Positions 45,732 to 55,174 of a DNA stretch of 64,000 nt are shown one piece after another (the stretch's first letter is position 1; every line of letters starts with the position of its first letter). Below the pieces are notes generated by a model. It was not told where the DNA came from and made no database searches. It was given only the letters and a program-made list of their open reading frames with translations. Both the position numbers and the translations under genes were made by a program. The DNA lies in assembly GCA_963844415.1 (NCBI GenBank), contig CAWJOA010000005.1, positions 412,876 through 476,875 of the forward strand. Direction: 5' to 3'. The stretch is from an uncultured Chloroflexia bacterium (GTDB taxonomy: Bacteria > Chloroflexota > Limnocylindria > QHBO01).

Positions 45732-48425
45732 ATGCAACGACCGATTCACGACGTGTTCGACCAGTTCAAGCAGCAGCTGCCCGACATCGACCCGGTCGAG
45801 ACCGGCGAGTGGATCGACTCGCTCGAGGACGTCGTCGAGGCCCAGGGCAAGGAGCGGGCCCGCTTCATCCTCTACCGGCTCCTCAAGCGCGCGCGCCAGC
45901 TCCAGGTCGGCCTGCCGAGCCTGACCCAGACGCGCTACATCAATACGATCAGCCCCGAGCAGGAGCCCTACTTCCCCGGCGACGAGGCGATGGAGCTGCG
46001 CGTCCGGCGCATGATCCGATGGAACGCGCTGGCGATGGTGCTGCGCGCGAACACCCGCTTCGAGGGCATCGGCGGCCACCTGTCGACGTACGCCAGCGCC
46101 GCGAGCCTGTACGAGGTCGGCTTCAACCACTTCTTCCGCGGCTCGGACGAGGCGCCCGGCGACCAGATCTTCTTCCAGGGCCACGCCGCGCCGGGCATCT
46201 ACGCCCGCGCCTTCCTCGAGGGACGCCTGACCGAGGAAAACCTCGACCACTTCCGCCGCGAGTCGCTGACCCCGAGCGTCGGACTCTCGAGCTACCCGCA
46301 CCCGCGCCTGATGCCCGGCTTCTGGCAGTTCCCCACCGTCAGCATGGGCCTCGGCCCGATGGCCGCCGTGTACCAGGCCCGCTTCAATCGCTACCTTGCT
46401 GCGCGCGGCATCGCCGACACGAGCGCCGCCCGGGTATGGGCATTCGTCGGCGACGGCGAGATGGACGAGCCGGAGGCGGTCGGCGCGCTGAGCCTCGCCG
46501 CGCGCGAGGGGCTCGACAACCTCACCTTCGTCGTCAACTGCAACCTCCAGCGCCTCGACGGCCCGGTGCGCGGCAACGGCAAGGTCATCCAGGAGCTGGA
46601 GTCGATCTTCCGCGGCGCCGGCTGGAACGTCATCAAGGTCATCTGGGCGCGGGAGTGGGACGACCTCCTGGCGCGCGACAAGGACGGCGTGCTGCTCGCC
46701 AAGATGAACGAGACCCTCGACGGCGACTACCAGCGCCTGGCCGTCAGCGACGGCGCCACGGTCCGCGAGACCTTCTTCGGGCCGGAGCCGCGCCTGAAGG
46801 CCCTGGTCGAGCACCTGACCGATGACGACCTCGCCAAGCTCCGCCGCGGCGGCCACGACTACCGAAAGGTGTACGCCGCGTACGCGGCCGCGGTCGAGCA
46901 CAAGGGCGCGCCGACGGTGATCCTCGCCAAGACGCTGAAGGGCTGGACGCTCGGCCCGGGGATCGCCGGCCGCAACGTCACGCACCAGGCCAAGAAGCTG
47001 ACCGCCGACGAGCTGAAGATCTTCCGCGACCGCCTCGAGCTGCCGATCCCCGACGACCAGCTCGCCGACGCGCCGTACTACCACCCCGGCGAGGACGCGC
47101 CGGAGATCCAGTACATGCTCGAGCGCCGCGCGGCCCTCGGCGGCGTCGTGCCGAAGCGCACGTATGTCGCCAAGCCGCTGCCCGCGGCGAAGGACGAAGC
47201 CTTCACCGACTTCTACGCGGGCTCCGACCGACCGGCCAGCACGACGAGCGCCTTCAGCCGGCTCGTCCGCAATCTCGTACGCGACCCGCAGATCGGCGGG
47301 CGCGTCGTCCCGATCATTCCCGACGAGGCGCGCACGTTCGGCATGGACCCGCTGTTCAAGGAGGTCGGGATCTACAACCCGCTCGGCCAGAAGTACACGC
47401 CGGTCGACAAGGAGCTGCTGCTCTCCTACCTCGAGAAGGCCGACGGCCAGCTGCTCGAGGAGGGCATCACCGAGGCGGGCTCGATGTCCTCGTTCCAGGC
47501 GGCGGGCACCGCATACGCGACCTGGTCGGAGCCGATGGTGCCGTTCTACACGTTCTACTCGATGTTCGGCCTCCAGCGCACCGGCGACCAGGTGTGGGCC
47601 TTCGGCGACGCCCGCGGGCGCGGCTTCATGATGGGCGCCACCGCCGGGCGAACGACGCTCACCGGCGAGGGCCTCCAGCACGACGACGGGCAGTCGCACC
47701 TGCTTGCCTCCACGATCCCGAACGTCCTCGCCTACGACCCGGCCTTCGCCTACGAGCTGGCGATCATCGTCCGCGAGGGCATCGACCGCATGTACGGCGC
47801 GCGCGGCGAGGACGTCTTCTATTACGTCACGATCTACAACGAGAACTGGGTCCAACCGGCCAAGGCCGATGGTGTCGAGGACGGCGTGCTGCGCGGCCTG
47901 TATCGGTTCCGCGAGGCATCGTCCGGCTCACGACGCGTTCAGATCCTTGCATCCGGACCGATCGTCCAGCAGGCGCTCCGCGCCCAGGAGATCCTCGGCG
48001 AGAAGTACGACGTCGCGGCCGATCTATGGTCGGCGACCTCGTTCCAGCAGCTGCGCAACGAGGCACTCGACGTCGAGCGCTGGAACCGCCTGCACCCCGA
48101 CCAGGAGCAGCGCGTCCCGTACGTGCGGGAGTGCCTGGGGCCGTCGGCCGGACCGATCGTCGCGGCCACCGACTACATGAAGGCGGTCCCGGACATGGTC
48201 TCGCGCTGGATCGACCGGCCGTACACCGTCCTCGGGACCGATGGATTCGGCCGTTCCGACACCCGCGAGGCGCTGCGCACCCACTTCGAGGTCAACGCCG
48301 AGCACATCGCCTACGCCGCGCTCCACGGTCTCTGCCTCGACGGCGCCTCCACGCCCGACGAGCTGAAGCGCGCGATCGCCGACCTGGGGATCGATCCGGA
48401 GCGCGTGAACCCGCTCTACGCGTAG
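45732..48425 (+). CDS. aceE: Pyruvate dehydrogenase E1 component, homodimeric type, 897 aa
   Basis: ATG 45732 inside track ORF 45666..48425. Motifs PDIDPVETGEWIDSL, GGHLSTYASAASLYEVGFNHFFRG, GDGEMDEPE. The frame is intact. Confidence 0.9.
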   Translation: MQRPIHDVFDQFKQQLPDIDPVETGEWIDSLEDVVEAQGKERARFILYRLLKRARQLQVGLPSLTQTRYINTISPEQEPYFPGDEAMELRVRRMIRWNALAMVLRANTRFEGIGGHLSTYASAASLYEVGFNHFFRGSDEAPGDQIFFQGHAAPGIYARAFLEGRLTEENLDHFRRESLTPSVGLSSYPHPRLMPGFWQFPTVSMGLGPMAAVYQARFNRYLAARGIADTSAARVWAFVGDGEMDEPEAVGALSLAAREGLDNLTFVVNCNLQRLDGPVRGNGKVIQELESIFRGAGWNVIKVIWAREWDDLLARDKDGVLLAKMNETLDGDYQRLAVSDGATVRETFFGPEPRLKALVEHLTDDDLAKLRRGGHDYRKVYAAYAAAVEHKGAPTVILAKTLKGWTLGPGIAGRNVTHQAKKLTADELKIFRDRLELPIPDDQLADAPYYHPGEDAPEIQYMLERRAALGGVVPKRTYVAKPLPAAKDEAFTDFYAGSDRPASTTSAFSRLVRNLVRDPQIGGRVVPIIPDEARTFGMDPLFKEVGIYNPLGQKYTPVDKELLLSYLEKADGQLLEEGITEAGSMSSFQAAGTAYATWSEPMVPFYTFYSMFGLQRTGDQVWAFGDARGRGFMMGATAGRTTLTGEGLQHDDGQSHLLASTIPNVLAYDPAFAYELAIIVREGIDRMYGARGEDVFYYVTIYNENWVQPAKADGVEDGVLRGLYRFREASSGSRRVQILASGPIVQQALRAQEILGEKYDVAADLWSATSFQQLRNEALDVERWNRLHPDQEQRVPYVRECLGPSAGPIVAATDYMKAVPDMVSRWIDRPYTVLGTDGFGRSDTREALRTHFEVNAEHIAYAALHGLCLDGASTPDELKRAIADLGIDPERVNPLYA

Positions 48426-48635
48426 CGCCGAAGCGCGTCGGCCGCGCCTCCGCATCGGTGTTCCGTCGCATGCAGGCCAGAGCGGCACCAGCTGCGGATC
48501 AGGGCCCTGAATCCGTCACCTGCGGCGGTCACCGTGCAGGATGGACAGTTCGGAGCCGCGAAGGCGGAATAGTGCTGCGGTGGCCAGAATCTGACGGGAT
48601 CGGCGCCGGGGTCAGCGGCCTGCGAGCACCGAAGC

Positions 48636-49130
48636 TCAGCCGTCTGTCGGCAGCCGCGCGCCGCACGCGCCGCAGAACGCGTCTTCGTCGTCCAGGATCA
48701 CGGCCCGGCAGCCGGGGCAGCGGTCGGGCAGGAGCTCCGCCACCGTCGCGCGCACGCCGACGACGGTCGCCTTGGCGTAACGCTCGACCGCCGTCTGCGG
48801 CCCCGGCAGCGAGTACACGGGCGTGAACGGAACCTGCGGACGCGGGCGGAATGCGACGGAGCCACGCATGTCATGGAACCGCCGACGCTCGCGGTCGTAG
48901 ATGGCTCGGCTCTCGGGATCGGTCAGGACCTGGCGCACCGTGTTGACGACCTGCATCTCGGCCGTGGCCCGCGTCGACCGGTTGTGGTCCGGATGGAAGG
49001 TGCGCGCCAGCCGCCGGCAGGCGGCGGTGATCTCATCGGTCGAGGCCGACGATGGGACGCCCAACAGGCGGTAGACGTCGCGGTCGGGGGTGTACGGAAG
49101 AAGCGGCTGGAGCATCGGGACCTCGGTCAT
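48636..49130 (-). CDS. J-domain protein with C-terminal zinc ribbon
   Basis: Track ORF 48636..49184. DVYRLLGVPSSASTDEITAACRRLARTFHPD, and CPGCRAVILDDEDAFCGACGARL. Confidence 0.7.
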   Translation of the reverse strand: MTEVPMLQPLLPYTPDRDVYRLLGVPSSASTDEITAACRRLARTFHPDHNRSTRATAEMQVVNTVRQVLTDPESRAIYDRERRRFHDMRGSVAFRPRPQVPFTPVYSLPGPQTAVERYAKATVVGVRATVAELLPDRCPGCRAVILDDEDAFCGACGARLPTDG

Positions 49131-49211
49131 GGTAGCGCCTTGGCCCGGGTGGTGCCGCGAGGAACCGCATCGCGTGATTAGCAACAGCCATTGCTATTTT
49201 GCCATGCAGAC

Positions 49212-49240
49212 TTGACATATTTCGTACTCCACCGTAGTCT
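49212..49240 (+). promoter_or_regulatory. Near-consensus sigma-70-type promoter
   Basis: TTGACA (49212-49217), a 17-nt spacer, then TAGTCT (49235-49240). It lies ~200 nt upstream of the DUF2089 gene. A TAGCAA-cagcca-TTGCTA hairpin followed by TTTT sits just upstream. Confidence 0.45.
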
Positions 49241-49301
49241 ACGGCACATCTGACGACCATTCGGCACGTACGGACTGCGAAATCTCAGGAGCACCGGACC
49301 G

Positions 49302-49445
49302 ATGTATGACTACCGACTCGTCTCCGCGTACATGAGACACCACCTGCCATCCACGGAGCGACGCCCGGCGCCAGCACTTCCGACCAGCCGCGTCTACCAG
49401 CTCCCCACCCAGCGGCGCACGCCGCGCAACGAGCGAAGCCGCTGA
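49302..49445 (+). CDS. Possible 47-aa basic leader ORF
   Basis: ATG 49302, with AGGAG ~11 nt upstream. MYDYRLVSAYMRHHLPSTERRPAPALPTSRVYQLPTQRRTPRNERSR, GC3-rich. Its stop is 2 nt before ATG 49448. Confidence 0.25.
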   Translation: MYDYRLVSAYMRHHLPSTERRPAPALPTSRVYQLPTQRRTPRNERSR

Positions 49446-49447
49446 CC

Positions 49448-49888
49448 ATGGTCCACGACGTCATCGCCACCTGCCCGGTCTGCTCGGGCGAGCTCACGAT
49501 CACCCGCCTCCATTGCCGTGCCTGCGGGTCGGCCCTGGAGGGCGAGTTCGGTGTCGGTCGCTTCGGGCGCCTCGACCGCGAGCAGCTGGGCCTGCTCGAG
49601 AGCTTCCTCCGTTCGCGGGGCAACCTGAAGGAGATGGAGCGCGAGCTCGGCATCAGCTACCCCACCGTCCGCGGCCGGGTCGACGCACTCGTGCGCGCCC
49701 TCGGATTCGGCGACGCGCCCGACGCCCCCGTCGAGGACGACTTCGACGCCGACACCGACCTTGAGACCGAGATCGCCGAGGCCGATGCGGCGACGGATCG
49801 CCGCGAGATCCTCGAGCGCCTGGCGCGCAAGGAGATCGGCGCCGAGGAGGCCGCGGAGGCACTTCGCGCCCTTGGCAGCGCGGGCTGA
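49448..49888 (+). CDS. DUF2089-type zinc-ribbon + HTH protein
   Basis: Track ORF. Motifs CPVCSGELTITRLHCRACGSALEG and GNLKEMERELGISYPTVRGRVDAL. Confidence 0.7.
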   Translation: MVHDVIATCPVCSGELTITRLHCRACGSALEGEFGVGRFGRLDREQLGLLESFLRSRGNLKEMERELGISYPTVRGRVDALVRALGFGDAPDAPVEDDFDADTDLETEIAEADAATDRREILERLARKEIGAEEAAEALRALGSAG

Positions 49889-50901
49889 TGGCGACCTACG
49901 TCCGAACCCAGGAGATCGCGCACGAGATCGGTGCGCGCGGGCGCTTCACGCTGCGGGTCACGAGCCCCGACGTCGAGCTGCGCGCCGGCGACGACACGAC
50001 GGCGATCGTCCGCGTCAAGATCGAGCTGCGCGCCGGCAGCGAGGAAGAGGCCGACGAGCTCTTCGAGCGCATGCGCTTCCATGTCCGCCAGGCCGATGGC
50101 GTGCTCGAGGTGGCCGAGCCGCGGCGCGATGACTCGGGCATCGGCAGCATCGTGCGCCTCCTCGGCATCGGCAGTGCCCGCCTTGACGACGCCTCGGTAG
50201 ACGCTGTGCTTCCCGCGGGCACCGAGATCGTGTTCGAGGGCGTCAGCACCGACCTCACCGCGTCGGGCTTCACCGGCTCGCAGCAGTACCGCACCGTTTC
50301 AGGCGACATGGTCCTCGACCGCGTCGCCGGCGACGTCAGGGTCCGCGACGTCTCGGGCGACGTGAGCATCCGCGCCGAGGAGCCGCTGCGCCTCGAGATG
50401 AATACGGTGAGCGGCGACATCTCTGCGGTCGCGCCACGGTTCGACCAACTCCGCCTCGTGACGGTGAGCGGCGACGTCGAGATCGAGGGCGACTTCGCCG
50501 AGGGCGGTCACCATCGCGTCGAGACGGTCAGCGGCGACCTGTCGCTCGGCGTCACCGATGGGCTAACCCTCGAGGTCCGCGGCCTGTCGACCGACACGCG
50601 CGTCTCCGTCCCGCACCGCTCGGAAGGCTCGCGCGACCGGCGGCGCTACGTGATCGGGGGCGGCGAGGGGCAGCTCCAGTTCAGCTCGATGTCCGGCGAC
50701 GCTTCGGTCCATCCCGGCCGGCGCCTGTCCGCGCCGATCCCACCGACCCATCCGACCGCGCCGACGCCACCCACACCACCGACCCCGGCGACGCCGGTCG
50801 ACACGGACGAACAGCTCGTGATCCTTCGCGCGCTCGAGGCCGGCGAGATCGGGGTCGACGAGGCCGCCGAGCGCCTCGCCGGCGGGACTACCGATGCCTG
50901 A
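49888..50901 (+). CDS. DUF4097-type (LiaG-like) beta-repeat protein
   Basis: Track ORF. Repeated VSGD(V/I/L)S motifs, a Pro/Thr linker and a C-terminal helical tail. Confidence 0.7.
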   Translation: MATYVRTQEIAHEIGARGRFTLRVTSPDVELRAGDDTTAIVRVKIELRAGSEEEADELFERMRFHVRQADGVLEVAEPRRDDSGIGSIVRLLGIGSARLDDASVDAVLPAGTEIVFEGVSTDLTASGFTGSQQYRTVSGDMVLDRVAGDVRVRDVSGDVSIRAEEPLRLEMNTVSGDISAVAPRFDQLRLVTVSGDVEIEGDFAEGGHHRVETVSGDLSLGVTDGLTLEVRGLSTDTRVSVPHRSEGSRDRRRYVIGGGEGQLQFSSMSGDASVHPGRRLSAPIPPTHPTAPTPPTPPTPATPVDTDEQLVILRALEAGEIGVDEAAERLAGGTTDA

Positions 50902-51337
50902 CGAGCTCGAGACGATCCTGCGCCTCGTGGCCGACGGCCGCCTCTCGCCGGAGGAGGCCGGGCCGATCATCGAGGCGCTGACGCGCGCCGAGCAGGCAGA
51001 GGGCCGCGCGGCCGAGCGCATGAGCCGCGGCGCGACGCGGCTGGATCGCGAGCTCACGCGCGCCCAGGGACGGATCGACCGGGCCCTCGAGCGGGCGCAG
51101 GTCCGTTTCGGCGCGCACGGCGGCCGTCAGCTTCGCATCCAGGTGAAGGAGCACGGGCGGCAGCACGTGAACCTGCGCATCCCGATCGGCTTCGTCGACG
51201 CCGCCCTCGGCTTCGTGCCCGGCCTGGCCGGCGACCAGGCCGATCGCATCCGCGAGGCGGTGAAGGCCGGCGAGATCGGACCGATCATCGACGTCGAGGA
51301 TCCGGACGGCGACGGCGTCCTCATCAGCGTGGAGTAA
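50894..51337 (+). CDS. Hypothetical protein with SHOCT-like N-terminal helix; third gene of the operon
   Basis: Track ORF. ELETILRLVADGRLSPEEAGPIIEAL. It overlaps the upstream gene by 8 nt. Confidence 0.55.
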   Translation: MPDELETILRLVADGRLSPEEAGPIIEALTRAEQAEGRAAERMSRGATRLDRELTRAQGRIDRALERAQVRFGAHGGRQLRIQVKEHGRQHVNLRIPIGFVDAALGFVPGLAGDQADRIREAVKAGEIGPIIDVEDPDGDGVLISVE

Positions 51338-51340
51338 CCG

Positions 51341-52639
51341 ATGGCAACCAGCGAGATCTCCCCCGCTGCGGCTGTCGCGACGACGGCGACGCCGGAAACG
51401 GGGCCGGCCCTCCTGCGGCCGCTGCGCATCCGCGACTTCCGGCTCCTCTTCGCCGGCGAGACGATCAGCGTGCTCGGCGACCAGTTCCACTTCGTGGCCC
51501 TCACCTGGCTCGCCCTCCAGCTGACCGGCTCGGGCCTCGTGCTCGGCACGGTGCTGATGACGGCCGCCATCCCGCGCGCGGCATTCATGCTGCTCGGCGG
51601 CGCGTTCAGCGACCGCTTCTCACCGCGCACGCTCATGCTGACCTCGAATGTCATCCGCGCCGTCGTGGTCGGCATCCTCGCGGCTCTCGTCCTCACCGGC
51701 CAGGCCGAGCTGTGGCAGCTGTACGTGCTCGCCGCGATCTTTGGCATCGTCGACGCGTTCTTCTACCCCGCCCTGAACACGATCGTCCCGATGCTCGTCC
51801 CCGAGCGGCAGCTGGCTCCCGCGAACGCGCTCGTCCAGAGCGCCCAGCAGGTGATGGGGCTGCTCGGGCCGGCGCTCGCCGGCGCGATGGTGGCGATCGT
51901 GCAGACCGGCCCGGCATTCGTCATCGACGCCGCGTCGTTCGCGGTCGCGGCGTTTGCGCTGCTCCTCATCCGGGGCGGGCGCCGTCAGGCATCGGTGCGC
52001 GACGCGCAGGGCGGCAACGTCCTGGCCGCCATCGGTGACGGCGTGCGGGCGGCATGGGCCGATCCGGCCGTACGCTCGATCGTGGTGCTCACCACGACCA
52101 TGAACTTCGCGATCGTCGGACCGATGAGCGTCGGGCTCGCGATCCTGGCCGACACGCGCTTCGACGGGGGCGCGGCCGCGTTCGGCCTCCTCTTCAGCGC
52201 CTTCGGCGCCGGCGCGGTCGTGGGCGCGATCGCCGCCGGGTCGATCCCCCGCCCGGCCCACCTCGGGGCGGTCACCCTCGCGATGACGACGCTGCTCGGC
52301 GTCGGGCTGGCCGGGATCGGCATCGCGCCGACGCTCGTCATCGCCCTCGCCATCCACGCGGCCATGGGCCTGCTCATCGGATTCGTGAACGTCCAGGCCA
52401 TCGCCTGGCTCCAGGCACGGATTCCCGATGAACGGCGCGGCAGGGTGATGAGCCTCGTGACGCTCGGGTCGGTCGGCCTGGCGCCGGTCTCGCTGGCGGT
52501 GGCCGGCGCGCTCGTCGAGCTCGGCGCCGTCACGCAGATCTTCCTCGCCGGCGGCGCGATCATCATCACGGCGTCGCTTGCCGGGTATGCCTGGGGCGTG
52601 CCGAAGCTCATGGTCTGGGCAGACGAGGACGCCGCTTAA
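51341..52639 (+). CDS. MFS transporter
   Basis: Track ORF, 12 TM segments. Motifs FRLLFAGETISVLGDQ and LGGAFSDRFSPR. Confidence 0.85.
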   Translation: MATSEISPAAAVATTATPETGPALLRPLRIRDFRLLFAGETISVLGDQFHFVALTWLALQLTGSGLVLGTVLMTAAIPRAAFMLLGGAFSDRFSPRTLMLTSNVIRAVVVGILAALVLTGQAELWQLYVLAAIFGIVDAFFYPALNTIVPMLVPERQLAPANALVQSAQQVMGLLGPALAGAMVAIVQTGPAFVIDAASFAVAAFALLLIRGGRRQASVRDAQGGNVLAAIGDGVRAAWADPAVRSIVVLTTTMNFAIVGPMSVGLAILADTRFDGGAAAFGLLFSAFGAGAVVGAIAAGSIPRPAHLGAVTLAMTTLLGVGLAGIGIAPTLVIALAIHAAMGLLIGFVNVQAIAWLQARIPDERRGRVMSLVTLGSVGLAPVSLAVAGALVELGAVTQIFLAGGAIIITASLAGYAWGVPKLMVWADEDAA

Positions 52640-52791
52640 GGTTCCGCCTGCGCCAGGCGCGCCCGGACCTCGTCCGCGAGCGGCAGGACCGAGCCGGCGA
52701 TCAGCAGCCACACGTACGACACCGCCACCGTCAGGATCGGTGCGATCAGGACGGTGGACGCGACGAGCACGAGCGCCGATCCGAGTGCCAC
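52636..52791 (-). CDS. Possible 51-aa two-TM peptide
   Basis: GTG 52791. ALGSALVLVASTVLIAPILTVAVSYVWLLIAGSVLPLADEVRARLAQAEP, GC3-rich. Below the track cut-off. Confidence 0.25.
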   Translation of the reverse strand: MALGSALVLVASTVLIAPILTVAVSYVWLLIAGSVLPLADEVRARLAQAEP

Positions 52792-52835
52792 CCCTCCGAC
52801 GCGGCGCGGCGCATGCGGTGCTAACGTTCGTCGCC

Positions 52836-54881
52836 GTGAGCCGCTCCCGCGACCCCGCCGACCAGGGCCGCGTCGACCCGCTCCTCGAGGTGCGTCAGAA
52901 ACGCCGCGGGCAGCGCCCCGGCGACGCGTATGTGCGCGTCGTGCGCCCCTACGAGGACACCTTCCGGAAGGGCGAGGACGAGGGCGAGCTCATCGCCACC
53001 GAGCGCACGGTCCTCGAGCGGCGTGGCTGGAAGTCCGGGCTCCGGCACGTGCGGACGTGGCTCATCGGCCGCCCGATCCACAGCGAGCGCGAGGAGCACG
53101 AGCGCCTGACCAAGGTCAAGGGCCTCGCGATCTTCTCGAGCGACAACATCAGCTCATCGGCCTACGGGCCCGAGGAGATCATGCACGTGCTGGTCCTCGC
53201 CGGCACGGGCGCGCTGGCGCTGACGCTGCCGCTGGCGGGCCTGATCATCGTGATGCTCGGGATCGTCACGGTGTCGTATCGGCAGACGATCAAGGCCTAC
53301 CCCACCGGTGCCAGCAGCTACATCGTGGCCAGCGACAACCTGGGATCGACGATGGGGGTCCTGGCGGCGGCCGCGCTGCTGATCGGGTACGTCGTCACGG
53401 TGTCGGTCTCCGTGTCGGCCGGCGTGGCGGCGATGACGTCGATCCTGCCGCAGATCTACGACGCCCGCGTCTGGATCAGCGTGGCACTGGTCGCGCTGCT
53501 CATGCTCGGCAACCTTCGTGGCATCCGCGAGTCGGGCACGATCTTCATGGTCCCGACGTACGCGTACATCGTCGTCATGCTCGGGATCATTGCCTTTGGG
53601 CTGTACCAGGTCACGTTCGGCGAGATCCCGCCGTTCGTGCCGCCAACCTCGTGGGCGTCCGTCGAGCAGGGCGGCCAGACGCTCGGCCTCTTCCTGATCT
53701 TGCGGGCCTTCAGCCAAGGTGCCGTGGCGCTCACCGGCGTGGAGGCCATCAGCGACGGCGTGCCGGCGTTCAAGCCGCCGGAGTGGAAGAACGCGCGGAC
53801 GACGCTGACGTGGGCGGCCATCGTCTTCGCGATCCTCTTCCTGGGGATCGCGTATCTGCTTACGACCCTCCGCATCGTCCCCGACCCGAACCACGAGCAG
53901 ACGGTCCTCAGCCTCCTGGTCCGCCACCTTGCGGGCGATGGGGTCGTGCTCGTCGTGGCGCAGGTGGCGACGGCGCTCATCCTCGTATTGGCGGCGAACA
54001 CGAGCTTCGCCGACTTCCCACGGCTGAGCTCGTTCCTCGCGCGCGACGGCTTCCTCCCGCGGCAATTCGCATTCCGCGGCGAGCGGCTCGCGTTCACGAC
54101 CGGGATCGTCGCGCTGTCACTGATGGCCATGGCGCTGATCATCGGCTTCGACGCCAGTGTCACCGGGCTGATCCCGCTCTATACCCTGGGCGTCTTCATC
54201 GCCTTCACGCTGTCGCAGGGCGGCATGCTCCAGCGCTGGTGGACCCGCCGCGAAGACGGCTGGCGGGCGGGTCTGGCAATCAACGGGCTCGGGACGCTCA
54301 CGACCGCGGTCGTTGCCGTCGTGGTCGGCACCAGCAACTTCTTCCAGGGCGCCTGGCTCGTGATCGTGCTCGTGCCGATTCTCATGCTGATCCTCGCAGG
54401 CATCAACCGCCACTACCGCGAGATGGATCGGGCACTCGCGCTCGACCACATCCCGCAGGCCGAGGAAGTGGCGCCGCGGCCGATCGTGATCGTGCCGATC
54501 GCTCGCCTCGACCGCCCGGCGCGGCAGGCGATCGCCTTCGCCAACTCGATCAGCTCCGAGGCGGTCGCGGTGCACGTCACGAACGACCCCGCGACGGCCG
54601 ACGAGCTGCGCGAGCGCTGGCCCGAGTGGGCGGGCTCGACCGAGCTGGTCGTCGTCGAGTCGCCGTATCGGGCGCTCATCGGTCCGCTGCTGGCGTACAT
54701 GGATGCGCTCCAGCGCCAGGCGCCGGACCGCCCGGTCCTCGTCGTGCTCAGCGAGTTCGTGCCGAAGCACTGGTGGGAGAACCTCCTCCACAACCAGACT
54801 GCGCTCCGACTGAAGCTGCGCCTCTTCACTCGCCGCAATACGATCGTCGCCGACGTGCCATTCCACCCGGACCGGGATTGA
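52836..54881 (+). CDS. APC superfamily permease with large cytoplasmic C-terminal domain
   Basis: Within track ORF 52578..54881; GTG 52836 chosen. Motifs LAIFSSDNISSSAYGPEE and VEAISDGVPAFKPPEWKNA, 12 TM segments. Confidence 0.8.
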   Translation: MSRSRDPADQGRVDPLLEVRQKRRGQRPGDAYVRVVRPYEDTFRKGEDEGELIATERTVLERRGWKSGLRHVRTWLIGRPIHSEREEHERLTKVKGLAIFSSDNISSSAYGPEEIMHVLVLAGTGALALTLPLAGLIIVMLGIVTVSYRQTIKAYPTGASSYIVASDNLGSTMGVLAAAALLIGYVVTVSVSVSAGVAAMTSILPQIYDARVWISVALVALLMLGNLRGIRESGTIFMVPTYAYIVVMLGIIAFGLYQVTFGEIPPFVPPTSWASVEQGGQTLGLFLILRAFSQGAVALTGVEAISDGVPAFKPPEWKNARTTLTWAAIVFAILFLGIAYLLTTLRIVPDPNHEQTVLSLLVRHLAGDGVVLVVAQVATALILVLAANTSFADFPRLSSFLARDGFLPRQFAFRGERLAFTTGIVALSLMAMALIIGFDASVTGLIPLYTLGVFIAFTLSQGGMLQRWWTRREDGWRAGLAINGLGTLTTAVVAVVVGTSNFFQGAWLVIVLVPILMLILAGINRHYREMDRALALDHIPQAEEVAPRPIVIVPIARLDRPARQAIAFANSISSEAVAVHVTNDPATADELRERWPEWAGSTELVVVESPYRALIGPLLAYMDALQRQAPDRPVLVVLSEFVPKHWWENLLHNQTALRLKLRLFTRRNTIVADVPFHPDRD

Positions 54882-54903
54882 GGCGCCGGCTGGGCACGAA
54901 TCT

Positions 54904-55149
54904 GCCGCTCAGCGACTGTGGGCCCGGCGCGCGGGCAAACTGGCCCGTGCCCGATAACGGCCGCCCAGCGACTGTAGGCGCGACCGATGGACCAGGGTCA
55001 GCCGCTCAGCGGCTGATATCGCGACCGAGAGGTGTGGTGACGTTCGAAACAGCCGGCGCGTGCTCGATCTCCGCCGCCCACCGACTGGAATCTGGGCTGG
55101 CGCGACCCTGAGCGGGCATTCGTTCGCGAAAGAGTCGCTCAGCGACTAC
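54904..55149. repeat. Cluster of five short palindromic (REP-like) repeats between convergent genes
   Basis: GCCGC(T/C)CA(G/C)CG(A/G)CTG begins at 54904, 54960, 55001 and 55073, with a variant at 55135. Perfect palindromes: CAGCCGCTcAGCGGCTG (54999-55015) and GTCGCTcAGCGAC (55135-55147). Confidence 0.55.
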
Positions 55150-55174
55150 GAAGAGACACGCGCCGATGCGCTCT

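Noticed and set aside
2602-47855. Very long antisense ORFs: 2602..5136(-), 9253..11028(-), 15372..16412(-), 16479..18047(-), 19795..22434(-), 25575..28397(-), 28542..30083(-), 45015..47855(-)
   Set aside because: Each lies opposite a gene with strong family signatures. Their translations are low-complexity R/G/A/D/H strings. They are open only because stop codons are rare at this GC content.
48497-48517. The near-palindrome GGATCAGGGCCCTGAATCC after aceE as a notable element
   Set aside because: It is a single imperfect hairpin in a convergent gap with no T-tract or repeats. It is most simply an ordinary transcript-end structure.
54904-55149. The intergenic repeat cluster as a degenerate CRISPR array
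   Set aside because: The units are only 13-17 nt and imperfect, the spacing is irregular (41-72 nt), and there are no cas genes or leader. A REP-like interpretation fits better.
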